A DNA stretch of 45,380 nucleotides from Candidatus Sulfobium sp. (lineage in GTDB: Bacteria > Nitrospirota > Thermodesulfovibrionia > Thermodesulfovibrionales > UBA6898): the NCBI GenBank assembly GCA_037380845.1, contig JARRRI010000022.1:13767-59146 (forward strand), written 5' to 3'. The notes below the pieces were generated by a model. The model did no database searches. It was not told the DNA's origin and saw only the letters and a list, made by a program, of their open reading frames with translations. Each line of letters opens with the position of its first letter. Position 1 is the first letter of the stretch. Shown piece by piece: positions 9,913 through 20,432 of the stretch. The translations under genes were made by a program, and so were the position numbers.

Positions 9913-10914
9913 ATGTCTAAATATCTCTTATCCGACCGGCAAAAGATGAAACTGCAGGACGTCTTTGACCTCTACGAAGACAGGCTGCAGCTGGTGGAAA
10001 ACAGGATCAGGGAACTGTTCAGCAACAGGGCTGCGGTCATACCCCTGATCGGCAGTTACATCCTGTCGAGCGGGGGGAAAAGGCTGAGGCCCCTCTTCCA
10101 CCTGATAAGCGCAGACCTTTCCGGGTATGCGGGTGACGCCCATATCGAAATCGCCGGTATTATCGAATCCATCCATACCGCTTCCCTGCTCCATGATGAC
10201 GTGGTGGACATGGCCGAGGTGAGAAGGGGAAGGCCGACCGCAAATTCGATCTGGGGCAACCAAGTGGTAGTGCTGGTGGGGGATTTTCTGTATTCCAACG
10301 CCCTGAAGAACGCAGTGATGCAGAAGAACCAGAGGTTAATGGAGACACTCTCCGACGCCACAACCAGGATGACCGAGGGGGAACTCCTGCAGCTCAACAG
10401 GATAAGCGACCCCGACATCACAGAAGAGGAATACCGGGAAATCATAGCCGCAAAGACCGGTGCCCTTATCTCGGCTGCCTGCAGGATAGGAGGATTGCTC
10501 GGAAGGGTCCCGGTCGAAAAGGAAGAAGCCCTCGCCGCTTTCGGGATGAAGACCGGCGTAGCATTTCAGATGGCCGATGACATCCTCGACTATATGGCGG
10601 AGGAGGGTGAGTTGGGCAAGAAACTCTGCAAGGACCTCGAGGAAGGCAAGATTACCCTTCCGTTGCTCTTTCTGCTCCGGTCGGCTGATGAAAAAGAAGT
10701 GTCGGAAGTAAAGAGCGTTATACGGGACTTTTCCGAAGCCGGCCTTCAGCGGATCATGGACCTGCTCAAAAAGTACAACGCGATCGAGGCCTCTTTCGAA
10801 AAAGCCCAGTCCCTGGTGGAGGAAGCGAAACAGGATCTTTCTGTTTTCCGCGACGGCCAGGCCAAGAGCGCCCTTTTGACGATTGCGGATTATTCCCTTC
10901 GCCGGGAAAAATAA
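9913..10914 (+). CDS. trans-polyprenyl diphosphate synthase (IspB-like)
   Basis: GGKRLRP, LLHDDVVD (FARM) and FQMADDILD (SARM). Confidence 0.92.
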   Translation: MSKYLLSDRQKMKLQDVFDLYEDRLQLVENRIRELFSNRAAVIPLIGSYILSSGGKRLRPLFHLISADLSGYAGDAHIEIAGIIESIHTASLLHDDVVDMAEVRRGRPTANSIWGNQVVVLVGDFLYSNALKNAVMQKNQRLMETLSDATTRMTEGELLQLNRISDPDITEEEYREIIAAKTGALISAACRIGGLLGRVPVEKEEALAAFGMKTGVAFQMADDILDYMAEEGELGKKLCKDLEEGKITLPLLFLLRSADEKEVSEVKSVIRDFSEAGLQRIMDLLKKYNAIEASFEKAQSLVEEAKQDLSVFRDGQAKSALLTIADYSLRREK

Positions 10915-11017
10915 TGTATAATTCTTCGGAACGGGCCGGGTTCGGGATTATAAATATTTGGTGATCCCGGGAAACCCCGGTCAGCTTCAAGCCGGTGTGT
11001 CCGTAACGGAGTTCAAT

Positions 11018-11524
11018 GTGCATGATCTTGTGACCCTGGCCAAAAAGAGTGTTGAAGAATATGTTCGCAGCGGGAAGGTGTTGCAGACACCGGAATCTCT
11101 TTCCCCCGAGATGGCCCGCAGGGCGGGTGTCTTTGTTTGTATCAAGAGAAAGGGTCAGCTGAGGGGCTGTATAGGCACCTTCCTCGCCTGCAGCGAAAAT
11201 GTCGCAAGCGAGACGATACGCAACGCCGTGTCGGCCGCCGCCAACGACCCTCGCTTTGCTTCTGTGAACGAGGGGGAATTGCCTGATCTCGAATATACTG
11301 TCGACGTCCTCTCCCCGCCGGAAAAGGTGGCCGATACCGCAGCCCTGGACCCGAAAAAATACGGGGTGATGGTCGTCAGCGGGCGGAAGAGGGGGTTGTT
11401 GCTGCCGGACCTGGAGGGTGTCGACTCTGTTGAGGAGCAGATACGGATCACCAGGATGAAGGCGGGCATCCTGCCGGATGAGGAAATCGAAATTTTCCGG
11501 TTCACCGTGGAGAGATATTCTTGA
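11018..11524 (+). CDS. AMMECR1 domain protein
   Basis: GVFV...LRGCIGT, DPRF and [14 protein letters not shown] 11018 has a GGAG RBS. Confidence 0.9.
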   Translation: MHDLVTLAKKSVEEYVRSGKVLQTPESLSPEMARRAGVFVCIKRKGQLRGCIGTFLACSENVASETIRNAVSAAANDPRFASVNEGELPDLEYTVDVLSPPEKVADTAALDPKKYGVMVVSGRKRGLLLPDLEGVDSVEEQIRITRMKAGILPDEEIEIFRFTVERYS

Positions 11525-11802
11525 TCCCGGGGAAGAAAGGACGGGCCGGAGCGGGCAGCGGAGAACGACATGGGTGGACATTGAGGTTCTTCGCCGGCGG
11601 TCTCCTTCTGAGCCTGCTGGTTTGCGAGATATACTGTATTATTTTGCTGCGGGAGAGTTTTTCGGTCCGCTCGGATCAATTAAGCAGGATATCGATGCAA
11701 TTGCAGTCTCTCAAAAAAGAAAGGTCTGAACTTCAGAAAGAGATGTCTTCGATAAAATACGCAGCCCGAAAGGATGCAGATGGAAATCCCTCTGTCAGGT
11801 AA
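11521..11802 (+). CDS. hypothetical single-TM coiled-coil protein
   Basis: Fills the gap and overlaps both neighbours; one hydrophobic helix followed by a heptad-like segment. Confidence 0.55.
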   Translation: MIPGKKGRAGAGSGERHGWTLRFFAGGLLLSLLVCEIYCIILLRESFSVRSDQLSRISMQLQSLKKERSELQKEMSSIKYAARKDADGNPSVR

Positions 11803-13237
11803 CGTAAGAAACACGAGTCTCGCCAGAATACTCGTCGACCTCAACAGGAACAGAAAAACGGGAACATTCTCCGTCCGAACGCCCACTTTCGACAAGAAGA
11901 TTTACCTCAACACGGGCGATGCGGTCTTCGCTTCCTCGACTTACGAAGATGACAGGCTAGGAGAAATGCTTCTCAAAGCCAACAAAATAACGGTCGAACA
12001 GTACGATAAGTCGGTCGAAATACTCAAATCCTCCAGGAAGCGGCAGGGGGCGATACTGGTTGAACTCGGATACATCACGCCCAAGGAGCTGTTCTGGGGC
12101 GTGAAATACCAGGTGAAGGAAATAATCTACAGCATGTTTCAGATCGAAGACGGCGATTATGCCTTCGAGGAGGGCGACATCCCCACCAAGGAAGTGATAA
12201 CCCTGAAGATGAGCATGGGAAACCTGATCCACGAAGGCGTCAAGAGGATAGAAAACTGGACGAGAATCAGGAATGAACTGCCCGACAGTGAAATGGTGCT
12301 CACGCTGAGTGACGACCCGCATAGCCTCTTCCGGGACATGGAACTGACTCCCCAGGACAAGAAGATCCTTTCAATGATAGCCGGGCAGACGACACTCGGG
12401 GAGATCGTGGAAAATTCACTGATGGGGTCTTTCGAAGTCCTGAAGATAATTTATGTTCTCTATTCCCTGGGCATGGTTAGAGAGACCCGGCCGCGCCGTG
12501 AGGGCGCCACGGCAACAGAAGGGGAAAAAGCCCGGCGGGAAAGACAGGGGATTGTGTCTGTCAACGATGTGTTGCATCCCCTTTCCGGAGAAGAAGAGGC
12601 TTTTCTCGGGAAGGTAGATTCGCTGTATTCACGCCTGGCTGAAATGGATGCATACCAGCTTCTCGAAGTTGACGGGAAGGCCGATGCGGAGACGGTGAAG
12701 AAGAATTACTACCGTCTGACCAAGGAGTTCCATCCCGACAGATACTTCACCATCACCGATGAATCTGCCAAGTCGAAACTGGCGGTGATTTTCGATGCGA
12801 TTACAAAGGCATATGAGTCACTGAAAGAGGGAGGGGATGAACGTTACACGCCGGCCCCTTCGGCCGGGGAGGAAGAGCCGGGGGCAACTGCCGAAGACCG
12901 GTTCAGCAGGGGAGTGGAAGAGTTCAAGAAAGGCAATTTCGAGGGGGCCGTCGATCACTTCAGATGGGCCGCCAAGCTGATGCCCGGCAACAGCCGCTAC
13001 TGGAGCTACCTGTCGCTGGCGTATTCAAAGGTGGCCGGCCGGCTGGAACTTGCCGAGCAGGCGCTACTTACGGCAATCAGGCTGGAACCCTCCAATGCGG
13101 ATTACCATGCCAACCTCGGGCTTATCTACCTTAAGGCAGGCACCAGAGAAAAGGCCGGCAGCAGTTTTCAGGAGGCTCTGCGAATCGATCCCCGGAACGA
13201 AAAGGCAAAAAAGGGGCTTCTTCAGACCGGGAAATAA
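11774..13237 (+). CDS. DUF4388-like / DnaJ / TPR domain protein
   Basis: N-terminal DDRLGEMLL...RQGAILVELG; J-domain KEFHPDRY; C-terminal TPR repeats. Confidence 0.8.
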   Translation: MQMEIPLSGNVRNTSLARILVDLNRNRKTGTFSVRTPTFDKKIYLNTGDAVFASSTYEDDRLGEMLLKANKITVEQYDKSVEILKSSRKRQGAILVELGYITPKELFWGVKYQVKEIIYSMFQIEDGDYAFEEGDIPTKEVITLKMSMGNLIHEGVKRIENWTRIRNELPDSEMVLTLSDDPHSLFRDMELTPQDKKILSMIAGQTTLGEIVENSLMGSFEVLKIIYVLYSLGMVRETRPRREGATATEGEKARRERQGIVSVNDVLHPLSGEEEAFLGKVDSLYSRLAEMDAYQLLEVDGKADAETVKKNYYRLTKEFHPDRYFTITDESAKSKLAVIFDAITKAYESLKEGGDERYTPAPSAGEEEPGATAEDRFSRGVEEFKKGNFEGAVDHFRWAAKLMPGNSRYWSYLSLAYSKVAGRLELAEQALLTAIRLEPSNADYHANLGLIYLKAGTREKAGSSFQEALRIDPRNEKAKKGLLQTGK

Positions 13238-13291
13238 ACCCTGGAGTAGTACATCCAACTCTTCTTTACATATTATCGGGTCTGGTTTCAA

Positions 13292-13372
13292 CCGTCATTC
13301 CCGCTCAGGCGGAAATCCAGGTTCCCGTTTTTAAAAAAAGTGGGTTCCCGATTGCTATCCTGGGAATGACGA
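13292..13372. repeat. REP-like palindrome (GTCATTCCCG...GGGAATGAC)
   Basis: Terminal inverted repeat GTCATTCCC/GGGAATGAC with an internal CCGC/GCGG hairpin, between convergent genes. Confidence 0.7.
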
Positions 13373-13460
13373 CAAATGCATCCTGTATTGGCGTCCTGCT
13401 CAAGGAGATCACAACGCGCCGGCCTCTTGCCTCTGTCCCCTTTTCCGAAGGGGCCCCAAT

Positions 13461-14663
13461 TCAACAGACTGCATACGTCCCAACCGCAAGCCGCTCGCAG
13501 AAGTCCTCTATGTCGGCCAGTTCCCTTTCAATTATCAGTCCTGCCTGCCTCGAGATGTCGCGGAGCGCGAATCCCTCTTTCAGAAGGACCTGGGCCGTTG
13601 CCATGGTCGGCCTGTCGATAGGGGTGCCGATCTTGCTTAGAAGAAGTACGTAGACCTCTTTGATCCCATCGACATTCTTATATATCTTTTCCGCCGTCTT
13701 ATGGGCCAGGAGATTGTATATCTTCCCCACATGGCTGACCGGGTTTTTCCCTGCCGCGGCCTCCGTACCCATCGGCCGGTTTACGGAAATAAGACCATTT
13801 ACCCTGTTTCCTCTCCCGACCTGGCCGGAATCTCCACCCTCCGCAGATGTGCCCAGAAGGGTCATGTAAATGCCTCCGAGTCCTCTGCCTCTTTCATCAA
13901 GGGTGTTCAAATCCACGCTGACTGACGAGAATTCCCTGTATCTGCCGAGAAACTTCTCTACCTCCTTCCTTACAAGCTCCTTCCTCCTGAAATAATCCGT
14001 TTCGTTTTTTACGAAAAGAGATAAAAGAGGCATGGCGATGGTCAGGCCAAGACTCCTTCCGGTCCTGAGTGCCATGACCTTTATGTCTTCGCCGGTCTCG
14101 GGATACTTCTTCTTGAACTTCTTTGAATTCAGAAACCTCTCCAGGTTCAGAACCACCTCCTCCGTGGGTGAAAGAGGGTAATAGCCTATCAGGGCGGAAG
14201 TGTCGTTCGCGCCCCTAACTGTCCCGGGCCTCAGGAAGATATCGGTCAGTTCTTCCGATCCCGGCGCGAGGACGACACGGTATCTCACGTGCTTCTCGGG
14301 GTCGACAAACCTGAGGTTGTCCTTTATCCATTTCTTTGCGGCCGCCACCGCTATGTCGCGCACGGGGATTTTCCGGCCTTCTGCGGAAGCTGTCGCCCTG
14401 TCCCCGATCATAAGTTCCATCGGCTTTGCCAGGCTGCCTCCCCCGAAGCTTATCTTCGTCCTTCCGGCCGCAAGCAGCCCCTTGTCGACGTTATGATGCA
14501 AAACAGTCCCGAAGGTCTTTCTGTATTCGCGGCTGAGCGCGACGGATATGGATTCCATGATCGAGTCGCACATGAAATCGGGGTGCCCCGTCCCCTTCCT
14601 TTCCACGACCTCCACCCTGTGGTCTGTCACGGATTTTCCCCTGAAAGGCTCAACGACTATCAT
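13461..14663 (-). CDS. mat: S-adenosylmethionine synthetase, archaeal type
   Basis: EVVERKGTGHPD, HHNVDK, ANDTS, GEDIKVM, DSGQVGRGNR and AGKNPVSHVGKIYN. Confidence 0.92.
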   Translation of the reverse strand: MIVVEPFRGKSVTDHRVEVVERKGTGHPDFMCDSIMESISVALSREYRKTFGTVLHHNVDKGLLAAGRTKISFGGGSLAKPMELMIGDRATASAEGRKIPVRDIAVAAAKKWIKDNLRFVDPEKHVRYRVVLAPGSEELTDIFLRPGTVRGANDTSALIGYYPLSPTEEVVLNLERFLNSKKFKKKYPETGEDIKVMALRTGRSLGLTIAMPLLSLFVKNETDYFRRKELVRKEVEKFLGRYREFSSVSVDLNTLDERGRGLGGIYMTLLGTSAEGGDSGQVGRGNRVNGLISVNRPMGTEAAAGKNPVSHVGKIYNLLAHKTAEKIYKNVDGIKEVYVLLLSKIGTPIDRPTMATAQVLLKEGFALRDISRQAGLIIERELADIEDFCERLAVGTYAVC

Positions 14664-14669
14664 GAATAA

Positions 14670-14698
14670 AGAGTATCAGGAAGGATGCGGGATGGCAA
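14670..14698 (-). promoter_or_regulatory. sigma70-type promoter, leaderless start at mat
   Basis: TTGCCA-17 nt-TACTCT-6 nt-ATG; no SD. Confidence 0.6.
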
Positions 14699-14823
14699 AC
14701 AGAGAGATTTGTGCTTTGCTTATCGGGAAAAGATTGGGATAATAGAAAAAGGCGGACAGACTGTAATAAAAGCGGCTCATTGCGTATCGCGAATAACGCC
14801 GATAACGTGTTGGAGGTGAACGG

Positions 14824-15315
14824 ATGATAAATGCCGACGAAGGTTTGGTACAGGCGCTCATGGACGTCTATATCATGGAAAAAGGCATAAACCAGTTTTA
14901 CGGGGACGTGGCATCGAAGGCCGGCAATGAGGAGACAAGGAAGACCTTCAGCGATCTGGCCGGCTGGGAGGCCGAACATGCGCGCTACATTCAGTTCCTG
15001 TATCAGGGGCTGATGGAGGACTGGGACCTCGTCTCCTTCGAGGAATTCTCAAAGGGCGTGAAGCCCGAGATCGTGGAGGGAGGGATGCCGCTTGAGGAGC
15101 TGGAGGGGAAAATAGAAGAATTCACATATCTGGATGACCTGGGGGCGATAGACTTCGCCCTTAAAGTTGAAGCCAAAGAGTACAACCTTTACAGACAGCT
15201 CGCGTCTCAGGCCTCAAAGACCAACATGAAGGTCCTTTTTGAGGAACTCATGGGATGGGAGCAAAAACATATCGAATATCTGAAGAAGCTGAAAAGCAGG
15301 ATCGGGAATACTTAA
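14824..15315 (+). CDS. rubrerythrin/ferritin-like diiron protein
   Basis: Two E..ExxH repeats (WEAEH, WEQKH); GGAGG RBS. Confidence 0.85.
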   Translation: MINADEGLVQALMDVYIMEKGINQFYGDVASKAGNEETRKTFSDLAGWEAEHARYIQFLYQGLMEDWDLVSFEEFSKGVKPEIVEGGMPLEELEGKIEEFTYLDDLGAIDFALKVEAKEYNLYRQLASQASKTNMKVLFEELMGWEQKHIEYLKKLKSRIGNT

Positions 15316-15321
15316 TTCCCA

Positions 15322-15528
15322 ATGCAAAGATATATATGCATTGTCTGCGGATACATATATGACCCGGAGGAAGGCGACATGGTCCGCGGGATACCGGCCG
15401 GTACCCCCTTCGAGGACCTACCCGATGACTGGTTGTGCCCCCTCTGCGGAGTGACAAAGGCACTCTTCAGGGAATTGTCCGAAGAAGAAGGGTCTGCCGG
15501 CACGGACCGGTACTTTCTCCAAATGTAA
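15322..15528 (+). CDS. rubredoxin
   Basis: [12 protein letters not shown]...[15 protein letters not shown]. Confidence 0.95.
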   Translation: MQRYICIVCGYIYDPEEGDMVRGIPAGTPFEDLPDDWLCPLCGVTKALFRELSEEEGSAGTDRYFLQM

Positions 15529-15573
15529 GATTGACAGACAGGGCTGTTGCGGGCGGCAGGACGGCGGGAAAAA

Positions 15574-18117
15574 TCATCGCTGCCACAGGATGCGGGCGGT
15601 TTCAATCGGAACCATAACTCCCTCGCGAAAGGGTAATATGCGGGCCGTATAGTCGCCCGCCGGGCGCTGAGCCGGCGTCTTTGCGCTATAGACGTAGCCG
15701 TGCTCTGCTCCGACGAGCTGCCGCTGCCTGGCCATCTCATGCCGCTCGGGTTCTTCGCCTCCCGGAACATCCGCATAGAGTTCCACTCTGACAGAATCGG
15801 GATCGAGACCGTTGAGGTACACCTGGACCTCAAAAAGGTGCTGCCCCTCCTTTGTCTCAACCCCGATTTTACCGAACCGCAGGTTGGCCCATTTTCTTTC
15901 CACAGAGCGCAGCCAGTCCACCGCCTTCGCACCCTCCGCACCTTTTTCAGCCGCGCGACCGAGAAATGACCTGGCAGCCGGGATATAGTACTGGTCGGTA
16001 TATTCGCTTACGGTCCGCGTCGCCGAAAAGCGCGGGGTCAGACGGGCCATGCTCTCCCGGATCCGGGCCACCCACCGGGTCGGTATTCCCCTTTCGTTGC
16101 ATGCGTAAAACTCCGGAATCACCTCCCCTTCCAGCAGAGCGTAGAGGGCTTCCGCCTCGGCAGCGTCCCAGGCGGGGTCCGCGTCATGTTCCCTGCCGTC
16201 ACCCAATGCCCATCCCACTTCGGGCGTGTAGGCCTCGGCCCACCAGCCGTCCAGCTCCGACAGGTTCAGCCCGCCGTTGACCAGCACCTTCATGCCGCTC
16301 GTACCGCTGGCCTCCCACGGCCGGCGCGGTGTGTTGATCCAGACATCCACCCCCTGGACAAGCTGCTCGGTCAGGAGCATATCGTAGTCGCTCAGAAACA
16401 CCACGTGCTGCCGCGCTTCGGGTCGGGCAATGAATTTGATCCACTGCCGGATCATGTCCTGGCCTTCCTGATCGGCCGGATGGGCCTTGCCGGCCAGGAT
16501 AAGCTGAACGGGACGGCGGGGGTCGGATAATATGCGAAGGAGCCTTTCCGGGTCGTGCAGCAGGAGGTTCGGCCTCTTGTATGTCGCAAAACGGCGTGCG
16601 AAGCCCAGCGTCAGGGTGTTGGTATCGAAAATATTTTTAGCTTTCTCGACCTCCTCTGGTGAGGCCCCCGAAACGGCAAGCTGCCGGGCCAGCACCGCCC
16701 TGACGAATTCGATAAGCGACCTGCGGGCAGAGGAACGGCACTCCCAGAACATGTTATCGGGGACACTCCGGATCTTTTCCTCCAATGTCTCCACTGTTCC
16801 CATCCAGCGCTCCTTCCCGCAGCTTTGCGTCCAGAGCTCGTCCGCCTCTTGCGAATCCCAGGAGGGCATATGGACGCCGTTGGTGACGTGTCCTACCGGC
16901 ACCTCGGCCTCAGGCCAGCGCGGGAAAAGGGGCTGAAAGATCCGCCGGCTCACCTTCCCGTGCAGCCGGCTCACCCCGTTTACAGCGCCGCTGCCCCTCA
17001 CCGCCAGATACGCCATGTTGAAGTATTCGGACGGATCATCGGGATTCCTGCGGCCCAGGGCAAGCAGGTCTTTGAGACTGATGCCCAGCCTGCTTGTCGC
17101 ATACCAGCCGAGGTATTGCTTCATAAGGGAAGGAGGGAAACGATCGAAACCGGCGGCCACGGGAGTATGGGTGGTAAAAAGATTGCCCGTCCGGGTGACC
17201 GCCAGCGCCACTTCAAAAGGCTGGCCGGTCTCTTTCATGAAGGTCCTGGCCCGCTCCAGCACGGCGAAGGCTGCATGCCCTTCGTTCAGGTGGCAGACTT
17301 CCGGCTTTATCCCCAGCATGCGCAAAAGACGCCATCCGCCCAGCCCCAGCACCATCTCCTCCTGGAGGCGCAGTTCGGGCCCTCCTCCGTAAAGCTCGCT
17401 CGTGATGCCGCGGTGGGCAGGGAAGTTTGCGGCGTCATTGCTGTCGAGCAGGTAGAGCTTCACCCTCCCCACCTCTACCTGCCAGACGCGGAGCCAGAGA
17501 GAGTAACCTGGCATCTTCACCTCCTGCCGCAGCCACTGGCCGTTTTCTTTCCGAAGCGGCGTAATCGGAAGCTGCACCGGATCGTTGTACGGAAAGAGCG
17601 CCTGCTGATAGCCGTTTCGGTCTATCACCTGCCGGAAGTAGCCCTGTTGATAGAGTAACCCCACCCCTATGATCGGCACCCCGAGATCGCTGGCCGCCTT
17701 GAGCTGATCGCCCGCCACGTTGCCCAGGCCCCCCGAATAGATGGGGAGCGCCTCACTCAGCATGAATTCCATGCTGAAATAGGCCACACAGGTAAGCGGG
17801 GCCCCGGGATGTTCCTGCTGAAACCACGCTGCCGATTCCGCGTCCTCGCGCCTTGCCTGCACCAGTCCGTCAACCTTCTCCCGGAATGCAGAGTCCGACA
17901 GCACTTTTTCGAGACGGTCCCGGGAGAGGGTCTGAAGCACGACCCAGGGATTGTGGGTAAGGTCCCAGAGCACCGGATCCAGCTGCTGCCACACTTCGTC
18001 CGCTGAATGGTTCCACGACCAGCGCATGTCGAGGGCGAGCTCCGCAAGCGGCTCCACCCCCTCGACCGTGGCCGGAAGAAATGAGTATAAAGGGTTAGCC
18101 CTTTCCTCGTTACTCAC
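15574..18117 (-). CDS. glgP: alpha-glucan phosphorylase, long form
   Basis: N-terminal extension (WSWN...HNPW); YSGGLGNVAGD, HLNEGH and EASGTSGMKV. Confidence 0.95.
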   Translation of the reverse strand: MSNEERANPLYSFLPATVEGVEPLAELALDMRWSWNHSADEVWQQLDPVLWDLTHNPWVVLQTLSRDRLEKVLSDSAFREKVDGLVQARREDAESAAWFQQEHPGAPLTCVAYFSMEFMLSEALPIYSGGLGNVAGDQLKAASDLGVPIIGVGLLYQQGYFRQVIDRNGYQQALFPYNDPVQLPITPLRKENGQWLRQEVKMPGYSLWLRVWQVEVGRVKLYLLDSNDAANFPAHRGITSELYGGGPELRLQEEMVLGLGGWRLLRMLGIKPEVCHLNEGHAAFAVLERARTFMKETGQPFEVALAVTRTGNLFTTHTPVAAGFDRFPPSLMKQYLGWYATSRLGISLKDLLALGRRNPDDPSEYFNMAYLAVRGSGAVNGVSRLHGKVSRRIFQPLFPRWPEAEVPVGHVTNGVHMPSWDSQEADELWTQSCGKERWMGTVETLEEKIRSVPDNMFWECRSSARRSLIEFVRAVLARQLAVSGASPEEVEKAKNIFDTNTLTLGFARRFATYKRPNLLLHDPERLLRILSDPRRPVQLILAGKAHPADQEGQDMIRQWIKFIARPEARQHVVFLSDYDMLLTEQLVQGVDVWINTPRRPWEASGTSGMKVLVNGGLNLSELDGWWAEAYTPEVGWALGDGREHDADPAWDAAEAEALYALLEGEVIPEFYACNERGIPTRWVARIRESMARLTPRFSATRTVSEYTDQYYIPAARSFLGRAAEKGAEGAKAVDWLRSVERKWANLRFGKIGVETKEGQHLFEVQVYLNGLDPDSVRVELYADVPGGEEPERHEMARQRQLVGAEHGYVYSAKTPAQRPAGDYTARILPFREGVMVPIETARILWQR

Positions 18118-18321
18118 TCTGCTTCCCCTTACGTGCAGTCTGTGGATGAGGTCGGATATTTCCTGCCGTCATTGACCCCAAAATGGGCCCCAGGGCCGCT
18201 ATTCCCGCAGTCCTTCGGCGGGAATCCACTTTCAGTCTCATGGACGCCCGGCTACTGCCTCGGGCATGACGGCAAAAGGACCCTTTTTGGTGTCTTCCGG
18301 CAAGTATTTTTAATTCAGAGC

Positions 18322-19980
18322 TCACTCTGCGCCACGCCCTCCCGCCTTCAGCTTCCGGTAGTGCAGTATCAGGGCGTTCGTCGAACCGTCGTGCCTGAGC
18401 CGGGGCTCGCCGGCGGCCTGAAGTTCGGGAACGATCTTTTTTGCGAGGACCTTCCCCAGTTCCACTCCCCACTGGTCGAACGAATCGACCTGCCAGACCG
18501 TCCCCTGAGTGAAGACACTGTGTTCGTAAAGGGCGACGAGCTTACCCAGTGCCTCAGGGGTCAGACTTTCCATCAGAATCGTATTGGACGGCCGGTTTCC
18601 TTCGCAAGCGCGGTGTGGAACCAGTTCATCCGGAGTCCCCTCGTCCTTCACCTCCTCCTCCGTCTTGCCGAATGCCAGGGCCTCGGCCTGCGCAAAGACG
18701 TTCGCCATCAGGAGATCGTGGTGGTCGCCCATGGGGTTTAAAGGCCTGCAGAAGCCGATGAAATCGCAGGGTACCAGCTTTGTTCCCTGATGGATGAGCT
18801 GGTAGAAGGAATGCTGGCCGTTCGTACCCGGCTCGCCCCAGAAGACTGGGCCCGTCTGGTAGTTTACCCGTCCGCCGCCCAGAGTAACATGCTTTCCGTT
18901 GCTCTCCATCGTCAGCTGCTGGAGGTATGCGGGGAAACGTTTGAGATACTGGTCGTAAGGGAGCACGGCCACCGTCTGGGCGCCGAAGAAGTTATTGTAC
19001 CAGACCGACAGAAGTCCCATAAGCACGGGCAGGTTCCTTTCCAAAGGCGCCTTCCGGAAATGTTCATCCATGGCGCGGAAACCTGCCAGCATCGAACGGA
19101 AGTTCTCCGGCCCGATCGCGATCATCGTCGAAAGGCCGATGGCCGAATCCATCGAATACCGGCCGCCCACCCAGTCCCAGAAACCGAACATATGCGAAGT
19201 GTCGATGCCGAACTTCTTCACCTCTTCGGCATTGGTGGATACCGCAACGAAGTGCCGCGCGACCGCCCTCTCGTCTCCCAGAGAACGGAGCGACCACTGC
19301 CGGGCGGTGCGGGCATTGGTCATGGTCTCCAGGGTAGTGAAGGTCTTCGACGAAACTATGAACAGAGTTTCAGCGGCGTCGAGTTCCCGGGTCGCCTCGG
19401 CGAAGTCCGTTCCGTCCACGTTGGAGATGAAGCGGAAGGTCATGTCGCGCATACTGTAATGGCGGAGGGCTTCGTAGGCCATTACGGGGCCCAGGTCGGA
19501 GCCTCCGATGCCGATATTGATCACGTTCCGGATGCGCTTTCCCGTATGCCCCTTCCATTCGCCGCTGCGAACGCTGTTTGAAAAATCCGCCATGCGGTCG
19601 AGGACCGCATGGACATCCGGCACCACATTTTCACCGTCAACAAGGATCGTCTCGTCGCGCGGGGCACGCAGCGCGGTATGGAGGGCGGCCCGTTTCTCGG
19701 TAAGGTTGATCTTGTCGCCCCGGAACATCGCTTCAATGCGTTCTGCCAGTTTGCACTCCCCGGCCAGCTTCACAAGAAGCCGCATGGTTTCCTCCGTGAC
19801 GCGGTTCTTGGAATAATCGAAATAAATCCCGCCCGCCTCCGCCACAAAGCGTTCGCCTCGCGGCGGGTTATCAGCAAATAGCTGCCTCAGGTGCACGTCC
19901 CTGATCTCCCGGTGATGTGCTTCAAGTTCCTGCCAGGCGGGAAGATTCGTAAGTGGTCGTCTGTCTCCGGGTACGGTCAT
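18322..19980 (-). CDS. pgi: glucose-6-phosphate isomerase
   Basis: [37 protein letters not shown] and [10 protein letters not shown]. Confidence 0.97.
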   Translation of the reverse strand: MTVPGDRRPLTNLPAWQELEAHHREIRDVHLRQLFADNPPRGERFVAEAGGIYFDYSKNRVTEETMRLLVKLAGECKLAERIEAMFRGDKINLTEKRAALHTALRAPRDETILVDGENVVPDVHAVLDRMADFSNSVRSGEWKGHTGKRIRNVINIGIGGSDLGPVMAYEALRHYSMRDMTFRFISNVDGTDFAEATRELDAAETLFIVSSKTFTTLETMTNARTARQWSLRSLGDERAVARHFVAVSTNAEEVKKFGIDTSHMFGFWDWVGGRYSMDSAIGLSTMIAIGPENFRSMLAGFRAMDEHFRKAPLERNLPVLMGLLSVWYNNFFGAQTVAVLPYDQYLKRFPAYLQQLTMESNGKHVTLGGGRVNYQTGPVFWGEPGTNGQHSFYQLIHQGTKLVPCDFIGFCRPLNPMGDHHDLLMANVFAQAEALAFGKTEEEVKDEGTPDELVPHRACEGNRPSNTILMESLTPEALGKLVALYEHSVFTQGTVWQVDSFDQWGVELGKVLAKKIVPELQAAGEPRLRHDGSTNALILHYRKLKAGGRGAE

Positions 19981-20149
19981 GGCGCCTCCCTGCGTTCAGA
20001 TTTTAAGGCGTACGGGCCCCGGAAGAGGCCCTCGTCCCTTCCGGTTCACATAGTACAGTATATCAAACATTTTCTGATGTCGGCAGTTGAAGAGGCTTTG
20101 TCACTTCCCTCCTACGATCAGCCTCATATTTGAAATTCTTATCATCCGG

Positions 20150-20292
20150 AAGATCTCCCCACCCCTCCGACTTATCTTAAGAGGGGGTGCCAAAGGCGGG
20201 GGCGTTATCCAAAGAAGGTCACATCTCTCGGAGCGAGTCTTCGCGCAGAGTCGCTTCGAACTCCCTTTGGCAAAGGGAGGCCTGCAGGGATT
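20150..20292. repeat. composite palindromic intergenic repeat
   Basis: CCCCTC...GAGGGG and CTCCCTTT-GGC-AAAGGGAG hairpins; contains the ~31-bp module also seen in the 41.7 kb repeat. Confidence 0.5.
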
Positions 20293-20432
20293 TTACAAGT
20301 AATTTCGTTGTTATTTTGAGGCTACTGCCGCAGAAAGCGAATGAAACCGGAACTTCACCTGCAATGATGATATCATGGTTATTATGCGGTCCTGCTCATG
20401 GGCCGTCACCACATCTGAAGTTAGGAGACCTT

